Positions 39,890-52,795 of a stretch of 64,000 nucleotides of DNA are shown piece after piece. The notes under the pieces are model-generated. The model was given only the letters and a program-made list of their open reading frames with translations, searched no databases and was not told where the DNA came from. Position numbers and translations under genes: made by a program. The first letter of the stretch is position 1, and the number at the start of each line of letters is the position of its first letter. The DNA comes from Lama glama. Lineage: Eukaryota. The stretch covers positions 83,082,001 to 83,146,000 of the forward strand of contig CM052817.1 of the NCBI GenBank assembly GCA_028534125.1, given 5' to 3'.

Positions 39890-40080
39890 AATCATTTTAT
39901 TGAGCATCTACAATGTGCTAGCCACTATTCTAGGAGCTCCTTTAATCCTCAAAACCCTCTAGACTTGCTTACTGTTACCACTATTTTATAGATGAGGAGG
40001 TTAAGTAAGCTTGTCACATTCACAGAGTCAAGTAACAAAGGTAGAATCCAAACTTAGCTCCAAAATTCCCTCACAGAACT
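39890..40080 (-). mobile_element. MIR fragment
   Basis: TTTATTGAGCATCTACAATGTGC..TTTAATCCTCA..ATTTTATAGATGAGGA. Confidence 0.75.
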
Positions 40081-40749
40081 GTTACACTATATTATTTTTC
40101 TATACCAAACATATCCATAAACATTCTACTTTAATGCCTAACATAATTTGGGATTGCTGACTGGCAGTAAGTGATCTATGTCTGTAGTTTCCTGCTGAAA
40201 TATTCTTTCTCTTGAATTAGTTAATTAACCTGTTATTCTCCATTTTCTAAAAATAAAGAATATCTCTCTAGAAAACATTTCTATTACTGGACCTAAATGA
40301 GTAAAACAGACCCTAATTATTCACAAAACTACTCCCTTTAGATGTATACACAACTGAATGAATGAATGAATCAGTGAATACACAGGCCTGTGTGTACAGG
40401 TGTGTGTATGTATGTGTGGTATTTAACCCTCCAACTGAAGTCAACAAGAATTGCTTTGAGACAAAATAATCCAATACTTAATTCTTCCACCACAGCTATA
40501 CTGCCAATTTATATTTTAATGTAGTATCTTACAGAGTCACCTTATTGCCAGCATATTACATTTAACTCTGATATCAAATTCATATTGTTTCTCTTTAAAT
40601 ACATCTAAATTTTTAAAACCTGTATGTGTTAATCAAAATATTAAACTGAAAGGTAGAAATTTTAAAATAAATAAAAAGTTTCAGGTATTCCAAAGTCCAA
40701 TGTTTTCCAAACTTCTTCAAGATTTTTCCCATGTTGGTATACTCATCCG

Positions 40750-40879
40750 TATATAGTCTACTAATGTAAATGCCAATCACATCTAATAAATACCTTCACA
40801 GCAACACCTAGACTAGTATTTGACCAAACAACTGGATATTGTAGCCTAGTCAATTTGATACATAACATTAACCATTACA
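40750..40879 (-). mobile_element. ERVL LTR fragment, MLT2-like
   Basis: ATACCTTCACAGCAACACCTAGACTAGTATTTGACCAAACAACTGG..GCCTAGTCAATTTGATACATAACATTAACCATTACA. Confidence 0.8.
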
Positions 40880-41916
40880 ACTGCTTACATGTAAATTTTA
40901 AATTTGGAAACTTTGAAGATCACAGAAGACAAGTATTAGTGAAACTAGTTTTGCTTTCCTAAATCCTAAGCAGCTTATTTTAAGCCTCAATGACTGCAAA
41001 TATGAGCATACCCAATCTTGAATAACTGTACAAAAACACTTCCCACAGAATGAACACAATTCTTCTGAGGAACAATACTACTAACGGAAAGGAAAAATTT
41101 TTAGAACTCGAATTTGAATTTGCATACCACACAAAATGCTGCCGTGTCCTACATCAAATGCCATTTCAGCAACTGGAAAAAGAGCCTTGGTCTGACATCA
41201 TGGTGCTGTGATGGCTTCCTTGCAACAGGCCAAGGGACAGGGAAAACTGGGAAAGTCACTGCTGTACCCAGAAGCAACATATTAATGTCAGATATAAATC
41301 TGACAGTACTGCACATGTTACGTCAGTCATCACACTCACAGCTAATTTCATTACAAAACTAAAACTCCTAGCATTCTGGCTTGTACTTTCAGGGCACAGT
41401 CAAAACTCCATGTCACCTGAGGCACTCAAGGCAAAATTTCAGACTGCCAACAGCACTACCTAATTTGCCTATATAGTTGCATATTTTTGCTGCAAAGATA
41501 AAGTGTGTAGCAGTGATATTTGCTTGTGTTTGCATGTTACCAGATAAGTGGCTTCAAAGGTCTTGTTTTTCCAACCCTCAACCAATAGAATTCCAAGGTC
41601 ATCATTTCTGTACTTGCTTTCTGAGAGAGAAGTTGAGACTGGGTTGTGTTTAAGTTAAGTGCTCTGACACAGCAATTAAGGCTGATTTGCAATATATACA
41701 CTTTTCTTAAAATACTTTCTATTGTATATTAATCCAAAATATTACCACCAAAATATTTTTTAATTGTAATATAATATTGGTTGCTGCATCTCTGCTGTTT
41801 AGTGGCTTATATGCAAAAGATTTATGATCAACCCTTTCAGTAGTTATAGATTAAACAATGTCAGATTGAATAGCTATCCATTAAGTATTCTGTGTGCTTG
41901 GCCTTTTCTCATATGG

Positions 41917-42110
41917 GCATTCATTCAATCAGCTATGCCATCTTTCAACAGAAATTAGTGAGCATTATGTTGTTCTAGGTATGGACACTCAGGACATTCA
42001 TGGGAAAACAATGGTGCCTCAGTAAGCTTACAGTCTTCTAAGGGAGAAGAGAAGTAACAAATTAAAATATAGTACAGTATGGGTTAGTATTGAATATCGT
42101 GGGAGTTTGG
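41917..42110 (-). mobile_element. L2 3' fragment
   Basis: CATTCATTCAA..TGAGCATTATG..TTCTAGG..AGCTTACAGTCT. Confidence 0.6.
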
Positions 42111-42678
42111 GAAAATCCAAATCTCTTAGAATGACCAGGGCTCAGATTTAACATGAGGTAGAATAAAGCTATCTATGAATTAGAATAAGGATTAAAATAC
42201 TGTACAGAAAGCACAATTTTAAAATATGATTTTATAATGATACAAATCTATTTAATAAATATAGACTATTTTTTTATATTTCCACCAACATAGGAAGATT
42301 TTTATTAAAAGTTTTAAAGACTTAAACTGTGAATTAAATGAGTTCTTTTTAAGATGTCCAGCAATCTTTATCAAGAACCAGGATATCCAATAACCCGTTT
42401 CCTCAGAAAAGGGAATCAAGGGTAAGTTTCAGTCTGTCTATAACACAGTGCCATGTAAGTACTAAGGAATTTCTCCAAAAGTCACACGGGGTAATGTGTC
42501 ATAAATTCTGTGATCCATGAGAAAAGCTCCCGGTATGTGAGAGATGCTCATTCCTTGAAACACAGACTATTCTTGTTTAATCTTACATACCATGTCATTC
42601 TGATTATAATCATTTTGATTGCAATAAATGATGTAACTGAGGCTGGGACGAATTTATCCAGCCACTTTTGCTAAGTAC

Positions 42679-43040
42679 TTTGGTAGACAGCGTAACTGTC
42701 CCCAAAGAGAACCACATCCTAATCCCTGGAACCTGTGAATATGTCACTTTACAAGGCAAAACAGCATTTGCAAATGTGATCAAAGATCTTGAGACGGGGA
42801 GATTATCCTGGATTATCCCAGCAAGCTCAATAACAGGAAGGCAGGAAAGCCAGATTTAGAGGAGATGTGGTGACAGAAGAAGAGTTGGGAGGAAGAGGTC
42901 CCGAGATGAGGAGCCTCTAGAAGCCAGAGAAGCAAGAAAATATGTTCTCCCCTAGAACCTCAGGAAGGAACACGGCCCTGTGGACACCTTGATTTCCAGA
43001 CTGTAAGATAATAAATGTGCACTGTTTAAAGCCACTAATG
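42679..43040 (+). mobile_element. MaLR LTR, MLT1D-like
   Basis: CCACATCCTAATCCCTGGAACCTGTGAATATGT..GGGAGATTATCCTGGATTATCC..CTGTAAGATAATAAATGTG..TTTAAAGCCACTAA. Confidence 0.9.
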
Positions 43041-43280
43041 TGCCTGGCATTATTATAATACTTTACATCAATGAAATCATTTCAGCCTCACTTACCATGA
43101 GTCAGGTACTGCTAAGGGACTTATATTTAATCGTCACAATAATCCTTTTAATGTAGGTACTAGCTTTATCTATATTTCACAAGTGTGAAAATCAGGGCCT
43201 AAAGAGTTAAAACAATTTGCTTAAGGTCATACAGCTAGTCACTGACAAAGCTTGAGCCTGAATCTAGGCTGCCTCTTGAT
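43040..43280 (-). mobile_element. MIR fragments
   Basis: ATTTAATCGTCACAATAATCC..GTAGGTACTA..AATTTGCTTAAGGTCATACAGCTAGT. Confidence 0.7.
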
Positions 43281-43347
43281 ACAAAGGGTTTTTGTTTTTT
43301 GGGTTTTTTTTTCCCCATGTCCACACACCTTAGTAAATATCAAAAAG

Positions 43348-43871
43348 TGTCTTAATCTGTGTTTCCCCAAAAGAAGCAGAGGCTGAGAAAAACATTTGTG
43401 TGCAGATAATTTACTTTACATATAGATCCTAAGAATTAGGAATAGGGCACTTGTAATAGAGAAAGAGAGAAAGAAAAAGTAGTTCAAGGACACCTTATCA
43501 AGCTGGTCTCACTCATAACAACTGGGGTTTCATCCCACTGAAACCCTCGTAGGAGGGTGGAGAATGTATCTCAGAACTGGCTACTCAGGGTAACAGCAGA
43601 AGGAAATATTTATCCAACCCGCTCACGTTCCTTATCGATCTAAGTGTTTCTCACACTTTCAGGCCTGCACATCCACCAGGATAGCTAAGTGGGTTTCCAT
43701 ATCTCCCATGTGGAGGCAGCTGAGAAGCTGTGTGGTGACAGGTACTCAATGCAGCAGAGGTGAGGTTCTTCCAGGTTAAGCCTGCCCCAGCTGGTTGCTA
43801 TGGCAATGACCGAAGGAAAAAAAATGTAGGCTGAAAGAATGTAATATTGGACATAAGAGGAATCTGACACA
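43348..43871 (-). mobile_element. ERVL solo LTR, LTR33/LTR41-like
   Basis: TGTCTTAATCTGTGTTTCCCC..AAGCAGAGGCTGAGA..CAACTGGGG..ATCCCACTG..TATTTATCCA..; ends ACA. Confidence 0.7.
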
Positions 43872-46789
43872 GCTAGTCTTTGATCTCAAATTCCAGATTC
43901 TTTCTATTGTATCATCATGCATCTATTCAAGTAATCACTTGTTCTTGCACTGATATGACCCATTGGTTTCCATGAGAACAGCTGACCAATAAAATGCATC
44001 CCTACCATATATCTCATGAAAGTTAGGTTATGCTGTTTTATATGGATTACTTTTGCCTCACTAAATGGAAGTTAAATTCCTACAAGCCAGATATAATAAC
44101 ATATACCACTCTTGTTTTTCCTATAATATCCAGTTCAACAATGGACTCAAAGCAGGAACTCAAAAAATTTATATGAATTATTTTCCTTTGACTACAACTT
44201 ACTGTATTATAAATAATTACTGGCAGAAGCTAAATAGCCTCACTAAGGATTTTCATCAAATATTTTTTTCATGTTCTCATGATCCTTTCAAATTTTTTGC
44301 AATTCTTTTTCCTTCTAATTTTAATGGCTTAATGTTTTTTGTCTAATATATCACATGATTAGATAATTTGCCTTCTATCATTAGACAGCAGAACCACCAA
44401 GGACCAAGCCTAGAAATCTTGTAGAATGTTCCAGATAGACTACAATCCAAATTAAACAAAATAAGCTTTAAAAAATTCCCAAGTATAATTTTCTATACAT
44501 TTTTCATTTTTATAAGGAACATTTCTTTTCAATTGGACAAAATGTACACTTTAATAGAACATTCAAGCAATGACAGTATTAGATAGAATACGTAGGATAA
44601 TATGGTAGTGACTATCAGTTATTAATTCGAGTCCAATTATTATAGGTATAAGGAAAACTAATCAGTTGTGATATACTATGTAATATTGCTGTCCAGTAAG
44701 TGAAAGACAGCCAAGTGTTTTGTACATTAGCATCACAGGAACATTTCTTAGGATACTGCATTCATTTTTTAAAAATTACTCTTTACCTCATTTCCAAGAC
44801 AGAAATATTCCAGTAAAGAAAACTCCATACTAACATACTAAAAGAAATACAGAAAGTAAACTTTGCTATAAATATGCAAATTTGCTTGAGATTTTTCCAA
44901 TCTCTTCTTGGTTTTACACCTATCAGAACAGTGTTTTTGGATAAAATAAGGCAAAAAAAGCTCCACTGAGAGTCGCTGCCATTTGTAACCACAAAAATTA
45001 AAATGAAGTCATGTACCAAAAGTTATTGTGATTCGGAAGACACTAATCTGCATAACTGACTAAAGCTGCTTTGAAATCTTATTCTTCAATATTATTTCAT
45101 TAAATGAATAACTGTATATAAATATTTTTCTATACATATATATCATAGATGAATGATTCCTATATATTCATTACTTTAAAATCACTTAAAGTTATTGACA
45201 GAAAAGAAATTTGTCCTTAATTTCATCTGCATTTAACAGAAATGTTTTCTAGAACATAACTGCACAAAAGTTTTTAAAATTAAGATCCATTATGTTTTTT
45301 AAAGCTTAATTAACACTTGTTAAGGATAAGTCACATAATTCAGGTTTTGGAGGCTCTAGGATTTTGTGAGGCTCATTAATCATGATCAAGTACACCTTGG
45401 AAAAAAATCTTATGCCAATGAAAAGAATTACTCAGCTACAGAAATAAGTCATCAATTCACAAGGAAATATGGGGCTTCAGTTTTTATGGGCTCATCGGAA
45501 AAACCTGCACATCATAAACACATATACTTGGTATTTAGTATTATTGCTTTTAGAATATGGAGAAAGGACAAAAAAATCCAATCTTGCAAATAAAAAGACT
45601 AGTTCAAGATTCCAATTTTTTAAAATCATAGACTCAAAAGCTTCTTAAGAACAGGCATGGATCTTTAAAGAAGGCTCTTTGGAAGCCTGATACAATTATT
45701 CAAATTGTAGAGCACAGAAATTTAAAACCTATCTTTCAAAGGTAAGAACTCAGCCTTTGAAGAGCAATAATTTTAAAAACTGAAAGAATATTTTCTTACG
45801 TTTCATTAGAAGAAAAGAGGCTATTACACTACGGTTACAAGTTGCAATTCCATAAGAAGTTTTTTATTCATACTGATGTTATAATTATTCACCCACCTGT
45901 TAGGTTCCCGTATTTTCCCTGATTCTACAGTGAGATTTCAGAGAATGGCCTCTGATTTCTGAACCTATCAATGGGCATGACGAACTAGAGAATAAGACTC
46001 AGCAGAGCTTCTGGAATGCTGGAAACACCAGGGAAAACGTGTGAAATGTAACATATCCCAAATTATATTAGCCCACAGTTGAAATTACATGTAATTTATC
46101 TTACAGGAATATTGTTTCAACCATCAGTGTCAAATAACTCAATTGTCTAACAGCACTAAAAAGTACACAATTACAACAGGAATTATATTAGACTCTTCTG
46201 AGTTCTTCTGTAATGGGAAAGTAGACCAATGGAGAAGATCAAAACCCATAGAAATATAAAACAAACCTTCACATAACATAAAAACTTAGCCATCCAACAT
46301 CTCATCCAGTAATTGAAATAAACAAAGTATCCATTTATCATCTTGTGTCTTGAATTTTAGTGAAATAGTTTCTGACAGTGTTCTGAGAAATTTCCTTTGT
46401 TCACAAACCAGATGTATGATGACCAGCCAGGTTTAGGTGGAAGAAGACTTTCATTCTCATTAATCTGTTGACAGATAAGTATGTCAGTGATGCCATGTAG
46501 TACCATTTGACCTAAGGGAACAGAGGGATACATTCTTCTAGTTTCAATAATTTCCTAATACGTATTATATGTTGTTCTTAAAACTTCTTTTCATTTCAGT
46601 ACAGATACACTTTCATCAAATATTTTTTTCCTAGAATCTACCCTAGTGTTCTTTGTTTTCAAAATTTCAATTATAATTACATATGTCCTCAGCTGAGTGG
46701 TATGCTAAAATCCCAAAAGCAAAAAGTGAGGAAGAGAAACTAGGGACTGGGTCAAGTGTGGGAGTGATAATTTCAATTAATGAGGAGAT

Positions 46790-47471
46790 ATGAATCAAAT
46801 GAAATACAAGAAAAATATGTAAATTTTGCTGATTTTATACAAAATGTGGATGTTCATATAATCTAAAACTTTGCAATGAGGTCATCAGTGACAAACTGGT
46901 TACTGAAGATTATGGTAGAGAGGATTTAACATGAGCCACTGCACCAAAAAAAGTTGTTATACTCTGTATACTCTGAGAAAGTTTATATCTGAAACTTGAT
47001 AAAGGTTTCCTTCTGTTTGACAGCAATCTTTAAAAAACTGACAAAAGATTACCAATAAAGAGTTGTAAAGATAAAAGAGGTTTTTCTAAATTATTCTTTT
47101 TTAATATATTGAAGCCAGGCTAGAGGAAAGACTGAACTACTCCTCTACTTTCCTTTATGAAAAATACTGCAAAATTACTTTCCTTTGAAAAAGTGATCAA
47201 AGTGTATGCAAGCAAAAAATGCAAAAAAACCCCCAGTATTATAGCGATATAACAGGTAGCTAATTAATAAAAACATAGCATTATAGTTATGACTTTTGTG
47301 GTGACTGTGTTATTTGTAAGTTTTCTTAAGTTAGTTTTTTTGTGTGTAATTTTTAATTTTAAATAATCATTGTACACTTAATTCTTTATATGTAATTTGG
47401 TATTCTTTTTCTTAGAGAGGATCCCGCAACTATATATACTTCAGGGTCCACAGATCCTAGAATCATCCCTA
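46790..47471 (+). mobile_element. hAT-Tip100 transposon relic, Zaphod-like
   Basis: Decayed hAT C-terminal dimerisation-domain codons (CTAGAGGAAAGACTGAACTAC = LEERLNY; GTGATCAAAGTGTATGCA = VIKVYA) and terminal CTTCAGGGTCCACAGATCCTAGAATCATCCCT. Confidence 0.7.
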
Positions 47472-48121
47472 TTTTGAAACTGAAAATCAATCAGAAACTT
47501 AGAAGGAACATAAAATGGCAGACACCAAAAGGCAGCAGCCAGCAGAGAAGGCCGGAGTTACCAGGTTCAGCCAAGGATGGATGCTTAGAATTCTAGAAAG
47601 CAGCAGTGGGGCTCAGGAAGTAGGGCGCCTTCCTGGTTCTCAGTCTGGCCCTTAACTTGGAAAGAGAATGCAGAATTCTATTGTGTAAAGGTGCCATGGT
47701 CACTCTAGGCAAAAGAAAGCCCATTTTTAGGAGAGGAGACTATTTCCAAACCTCACCAGATGGCTTGAGATGAGACTCAGTATCGAAGAAGCCCTCCTCT
47801 CGTCAACAGGATCATGAACAGTGGTTGGTTTATAAGAAAAAATAAAATACGGTGGTGATCCAAGAAAATGAGGCATCTTCCCAACATTTCATTCTAATCT
47901 GAAATGTCTAAGGGCAGATTCCTTGACCAGTTGTTTGATGTCGGATCAAAGAACGTCCTCTGAGTATAGGTCGCTGATTAGTATAACACATTTTTTAAAC
48001 CATATCCATACCACTGAGTCAGTAATTTTCAGTTTCATTTTCTGTTAAAATTGAAAAATTCTCACAGAGTAACTTGCTTACAGACTCCTTCTACATTTCT
48101 ATGACATTTTCCAACCATTTA

Positions 48122-48203
48122 TATTTGTGTTTTCCATATGAAATTGTCAATTTAACCATTTATGACCTATAAAAATGGTAATTTCATAAGGTTAACAGCA
48201 ATA
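48122..48203. mobile_element. Mariner MITE MADE2
   Basis: CCATATGAAATTGTCA..ACCATTTATGACCTATAAAAATGGTAATTTCATAAGG, an ~80 bp near-palindrome matching the MADE2 consensus. Confidence 0.8.
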
Positions 48204-48386
48204 ATATACCTTGCATCTACTTAATTCCTATGTTAATTTCTGAGTCTTTAAAACACAATCAATTTACTTTCCATAGGAAAAAAATTATCTCTTTCCGAAT
48301 GTATCTTATGTGGATCTAAGTAATGTTTAAATAGGCGTACTGGCAATAAGTACAATCTCTATAAACAGGTTTAGTGGAATCTATAA

Positions 48387-48812
48387 TGTGTCACTCACAT
48401 CCCTGTTCAGGACTGACGGACTTGCCCTCCCAGTCACTGGGAGTACAGCACACATAGCCCTCCACTGCCAGCCCTCCTTGGGAATTGCATCTGGGAAGAG
48501 AAAGCCACTTCTTGGGGGCAGCCCACAGCTAACGACAAGTCAACATGAGAGGAGCAAGGTCCAGCCTCTTGGCCTCCACCCCCCCACCAGTGTGAGACAT
48601 CTCTAAGGATCATTCCAGATTTCAGGAGCTGTTTGTGGTGTTAAACGAAGGGTTTTTTTGAAGCTGTGTTGCAGCCCAACTTCTCCCTTTGCTGAAGCCT
48701 GTTTCCTTCCTCTACCTTCTCCAGGTGTTGATTCAAGACCACTCGCTCATAAACAACCAGTATCCTTATCTCCATCTCAGAATCTGCTCCCCAGGGAACT
48801 TAACTGAAAACA
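48387..48812 (+). mobile_element. ERVL solo LTR, LTR16A-like
   Basis: TG..GGGCAGCCCACA..CAGCCCAACTTCTCCCTTTGC..GGTGTTGATTC..CTCCATCTCAGAATCTGCTCCCCAGGGAAC..ACA. Confidence 0.8.
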
Positions 48813-50586
48813 GAACGAATGACTCTTTATTATAAGTAAATAACTTAAAAATTTATAGGAGCAAAGGTGCACAAGAACATCTCAGAGAAGCCAGCTTACA
48901 GGAAGTATGCATGTGCTCTTGGCTGTCATCAGTACATTTTACAGGGAGTATTAATGAACTGGTAGTTTTCAGTTAAGAGATCAGTGAAGAGATCTACTGA
49001 ACTTGGCTGGGCTCAGTCAGGATTGTCTCCAGCACTGGGGGAAAGAAAGCCTGGATGGCAGATGTCTTCTACTTACAATTCACTCTTGGTAGAAAAGACA
49101 AGGATTGGCAGTTTTGTATAAATACAAAGGCCAAACAATGGAATCAATGAATTTGACCCCCTCAACAGGTGAGTCAGATCATACACACAGTAATTTAGTT
49201 CACCACTGAGGCATGCCCATTACGTGAGCAGGACACTCTCAAGTGGCCAAGGACAGACCATCTCACTGTGATGTGAATCTCACCATAAACTTTCAGAGCA
49301 AAGACTGTTAGAAATTTATCATATCCTTGACTTTTATTTTCCACAGTACATCTCTTTATAAGTAAAGTACAAGGCATATATTATAGTAGAAAAGCATTAT
49401 AAGTCAAAAAAGTAAAGGAGTTCAAAACATACACATTCAAGAAGAAATGCATGTAATTTTTATGAGTAGTCCATTTAATTATGTATGTACTAACTCCTCT
49501 TAGTAAGGAGAAACTAGGCTTATGGCACAGTTTGCTATTTCCACATAGTTCTAGGCCTATTCCCATTCCATGGTCTTTGAAGAGATAGCGTAACAATTCC
49601 AACAGAGTACTGTGGCTCTCTACTTAAGGGAGGAGAGAAGGGGATCTTAAAGCTGAAATCTCATCCTATGACAGACCCTGTGGAATGAACAGATCAGTTC
49701 AATATATATTTTACTACAGGATCAAAGCTGGAAGTCACTGCCAACCAAGTTCTTAAATCAGTCTTGACCATATTTGCCAGCATGTAGATACATCTCTGGA
49801 GTCTATCTCTTCAGGTCCAAGCACATCATAATCTAAAAAATATCTGAATTTCTATACTTCTGTAAGTTCAAAATAAACTCCAGAAACCAAATCAGTATCT
49901 CCAGAGTGTTTGACATTGGTGCAGACTGCAGGCATAACCTTCATTCTACATGTCCATCAAATTAAAGCAGGACTCCTAAAGAAGCCAGATAATCACCACA
50001 GAGCTTTATTCAGTTGAACAAGACAGCCTACATAAGCAAAATAATGAGAGGCAGGAGGACTAGCATGCATTTCAGAAAGAAATTTCCAGAGGGTTCAGCT
50101 AATTACTACTTAAAAACAACTGCCTATATTTAGATGCCAACTGAAAGATTAAACTAGTGGCTCGGGCTATATTATTTGCCTTTAACCACCACAGACAATG
50201 TGCCTGTGGTGACCGTGCTCGCAGCAGGGCCCTGAGCACCCTGATGAGTAGCCTGTAGAGGGTGATGGTTTGAGGGAACACAACTGTCAGAAGACAAAAC
50301 TGCACATTAAAATTTCAGAATGTTTTTCCTTTGGGTTATTTTGTACTTGTGAATGGAGAGCCCATTCTCGTATGCCCTCCTTCCATACACACACAAACAC
50401 ACACATGTACATACGCACACGCTTCATATTGATACAGTCATTACCAAGCCATGATGATTGTGATATCTGAAAGGCAGATGTTGTCTTGACTGGGGACTAA
50501 TTGAGATAACTAAAATAAACTCAGACACATTACAAAAGGAAACAGAAAAGCCTTTATATATATTTCTCCACTATGCACAAGCAAAG

Positions 50587-50664
50587 CATATATATATATA
50601 TGTATATACATATATATATGTATGTATATATGTGTATATATATATATAGAGAGAGAGAGAGAGA
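50587..50664. repeat. Compound microsatellite (TA/TG)n-(GA)n
   Basis: Directly visible. Confidence 0.95.
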
Positions 50665-51369
50665 ATATATTGCACAGATAAGAATCTTTTCCACATAGTA
50701 GCCTTTAATTTTCACTTTATTTCAAAATAAAAACGACTCTCATGTAGAAAAAGGAAAGAAGGACATTTGAAGCAGATGAAACAGGGAATGAAATACACAG
50801 AAACGCAAGTGAGCCATGGACATTTAGGGAACAGTACATCAGCTCCCCAAAAGGCTATGGCTCTGAGCCGGCAGTCACATGCATCCTCCTGCACTGTTTG
50901 TGGTCCACCACATAGGGTCCCTGAACTTGGCACAAATGCCCAGGCCAACCTTTACCAAGACCCGTCACGCACAGCAGCCCAAACTTGATGCTGTGCTTCA
51001 CAGACGCATCCTCAGAGGGAAGTTTTAAAGATGAATTGAGCATCAAATATCAAGTACTCTAAATTAATAAGAACTATAGGCCAAAATGAAACAGCATTTC
51101 TGTATTTTGTGTTTTTCAATTTGCAGCTCCCCGACAAACCCCACTATGTCACACCTCCCTGCAGCTTGTTCCCTCTGGGAAAGTGTTCCTCCCCAAGCTC
51201 CTACTCAGACAGGCCAGATCTTCTTCGTGGGCCGAGCCTGAAAGGCTCCCTGCCCTGTAAAAGCTTTCTCCGCTCCTGCTCTTTAATACGTGAATAACAG
51301 ACATAGCCGTTTTATGCTTGTTGTAATTTGTGAGACTGGTTTTCAAATTCCCTCTTATCCAGCCCCTTT

Positions 51370-51500
51370 TGCCTCCCCTACCACAGATTATGATATCATA
51401 AAGGGCAGAGAGTGCAATTTATCCTTTCTCTGTCCCTGGCACTTAGTACAGTAATTGACAGACAGTAGGTTCCCAGGAGATGTATGATAAATGAAAAAAT
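51370..51500 (+). mobile_element. L2 3' fragment
   Basis: AGGGCAGAGA..CTCTGTCCCTGGCACTTAGTACAGT..ACAGTAGG..ATAAATGAA. Confidence 0.6.
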
Positions 51501-52559
51501 AATTTCTAGGCTTGTGCTGGTTGTCCTTGGTTTCTTTCCTTTCAGTTCAGAAGAACAGGTGTCTCACTTGGTGAGGATGATGATACTTGCTGAGATGTAG
51601 CATCTCACCCCCTGCTCCAAAATGCGTCAGTTTATAAGTAATTGGGCTTAATTCTCTAATGCTCAGCTGGCAGAAGCCTCTGAAATTCCCCCACAAGGAG
51701 TGGCCCTGGAATCATGTTTTCACACCACAGATGTGAAGTCAGATTTTGCTCTCACCTCTAATTCTTACCACCCTCTGGGTGACAGGAGGGATATGAAACT
51801 TTAATTTCACCATATATTACTTATATACATCTATAATCTAAATGGTTTTATAAATCTAAGTAGAATCTAAAACTAAATCTAAATGGTTCCTATAACCTTA
51901 TCAAAGGGTCATACAAACCCACATACACATTAAAAAAAAAAACTCTTTGACCTTCAACTCACTGAAAGAACAAAATACTTCAATAATAATTCGCCCCAGA
52001 ATACAAGTTTGGCTCAATAAATAAGGATCAAAGTAAAGGAGTCTCTTTCTTCTCAACTAGGAAATTTTTCCCTGCAGCATAAAGAGAAATAAGTTCAGGG
52101 ATTGTTTCCTTTACATATATTTCCCAGCAGTCTTATATGTTCCTTTTTTAGCTTCATAAAACCTATGTAATCTCATCTTCATTCATCCATTCCATAATTT
52201 AACAAATAGCTCATTGAAAGAAATGATGATTAAAAGGATTCTAATCAAACTATCTAACTTGACTTGCTGCCCTTTATTTATGTTTTCACTAGCACTACAT
52301 TCACACTAATTTTGAAAAGTTTCCAATAATCTTACTTTATAATATAATAATATCCTACTATATTTTACTTAGAGTGAATCCAACTTGATATCCAACTTGA
52401 ATCCATCCCTGAGTTTTGCACAGTGAGTATTAAGATCCCAGATAAAAGGGCTGTCAGAAATAGTCTCAGAATCTCTGGTCCTTGTATTTGGATCGTGAGG
52501 GACACTGTACACAGGAAAGGGTGAGAGTGTGGGAAACTCAATGGCAGTCGAAGAGACAG

Positions 52560-52795
52560 AAGAGAACAGTGGGTAAGAACACAGACTCCAGAGCCAGCCT
52601 GCTGAGGTCCAAATTCTATAACTGCAGGCAAGTTATTTAACACTCAGTTTCCTTTTCTATAAAATGATGATGATAACAATACTACTTAGTTTATAGGGTT
52701 ATTACGAGGATTAAGTAAGAGCATATATAGAAAATCTTAGACTGGTGCTGGACACAAGGCAAGCTCTATTTGCTATTGTAAGCATTATTATTATC
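52560..52795 (+). mobile_element. MIR (near full length)
   Basis: AAGAACACAGACTCCAGAGCCAG..GGCAAGTTATTTAAC..CTCAGTTTCC..TATAAAATG..GAGGATTAA..ATTATTAT. Confidence 0.85.
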
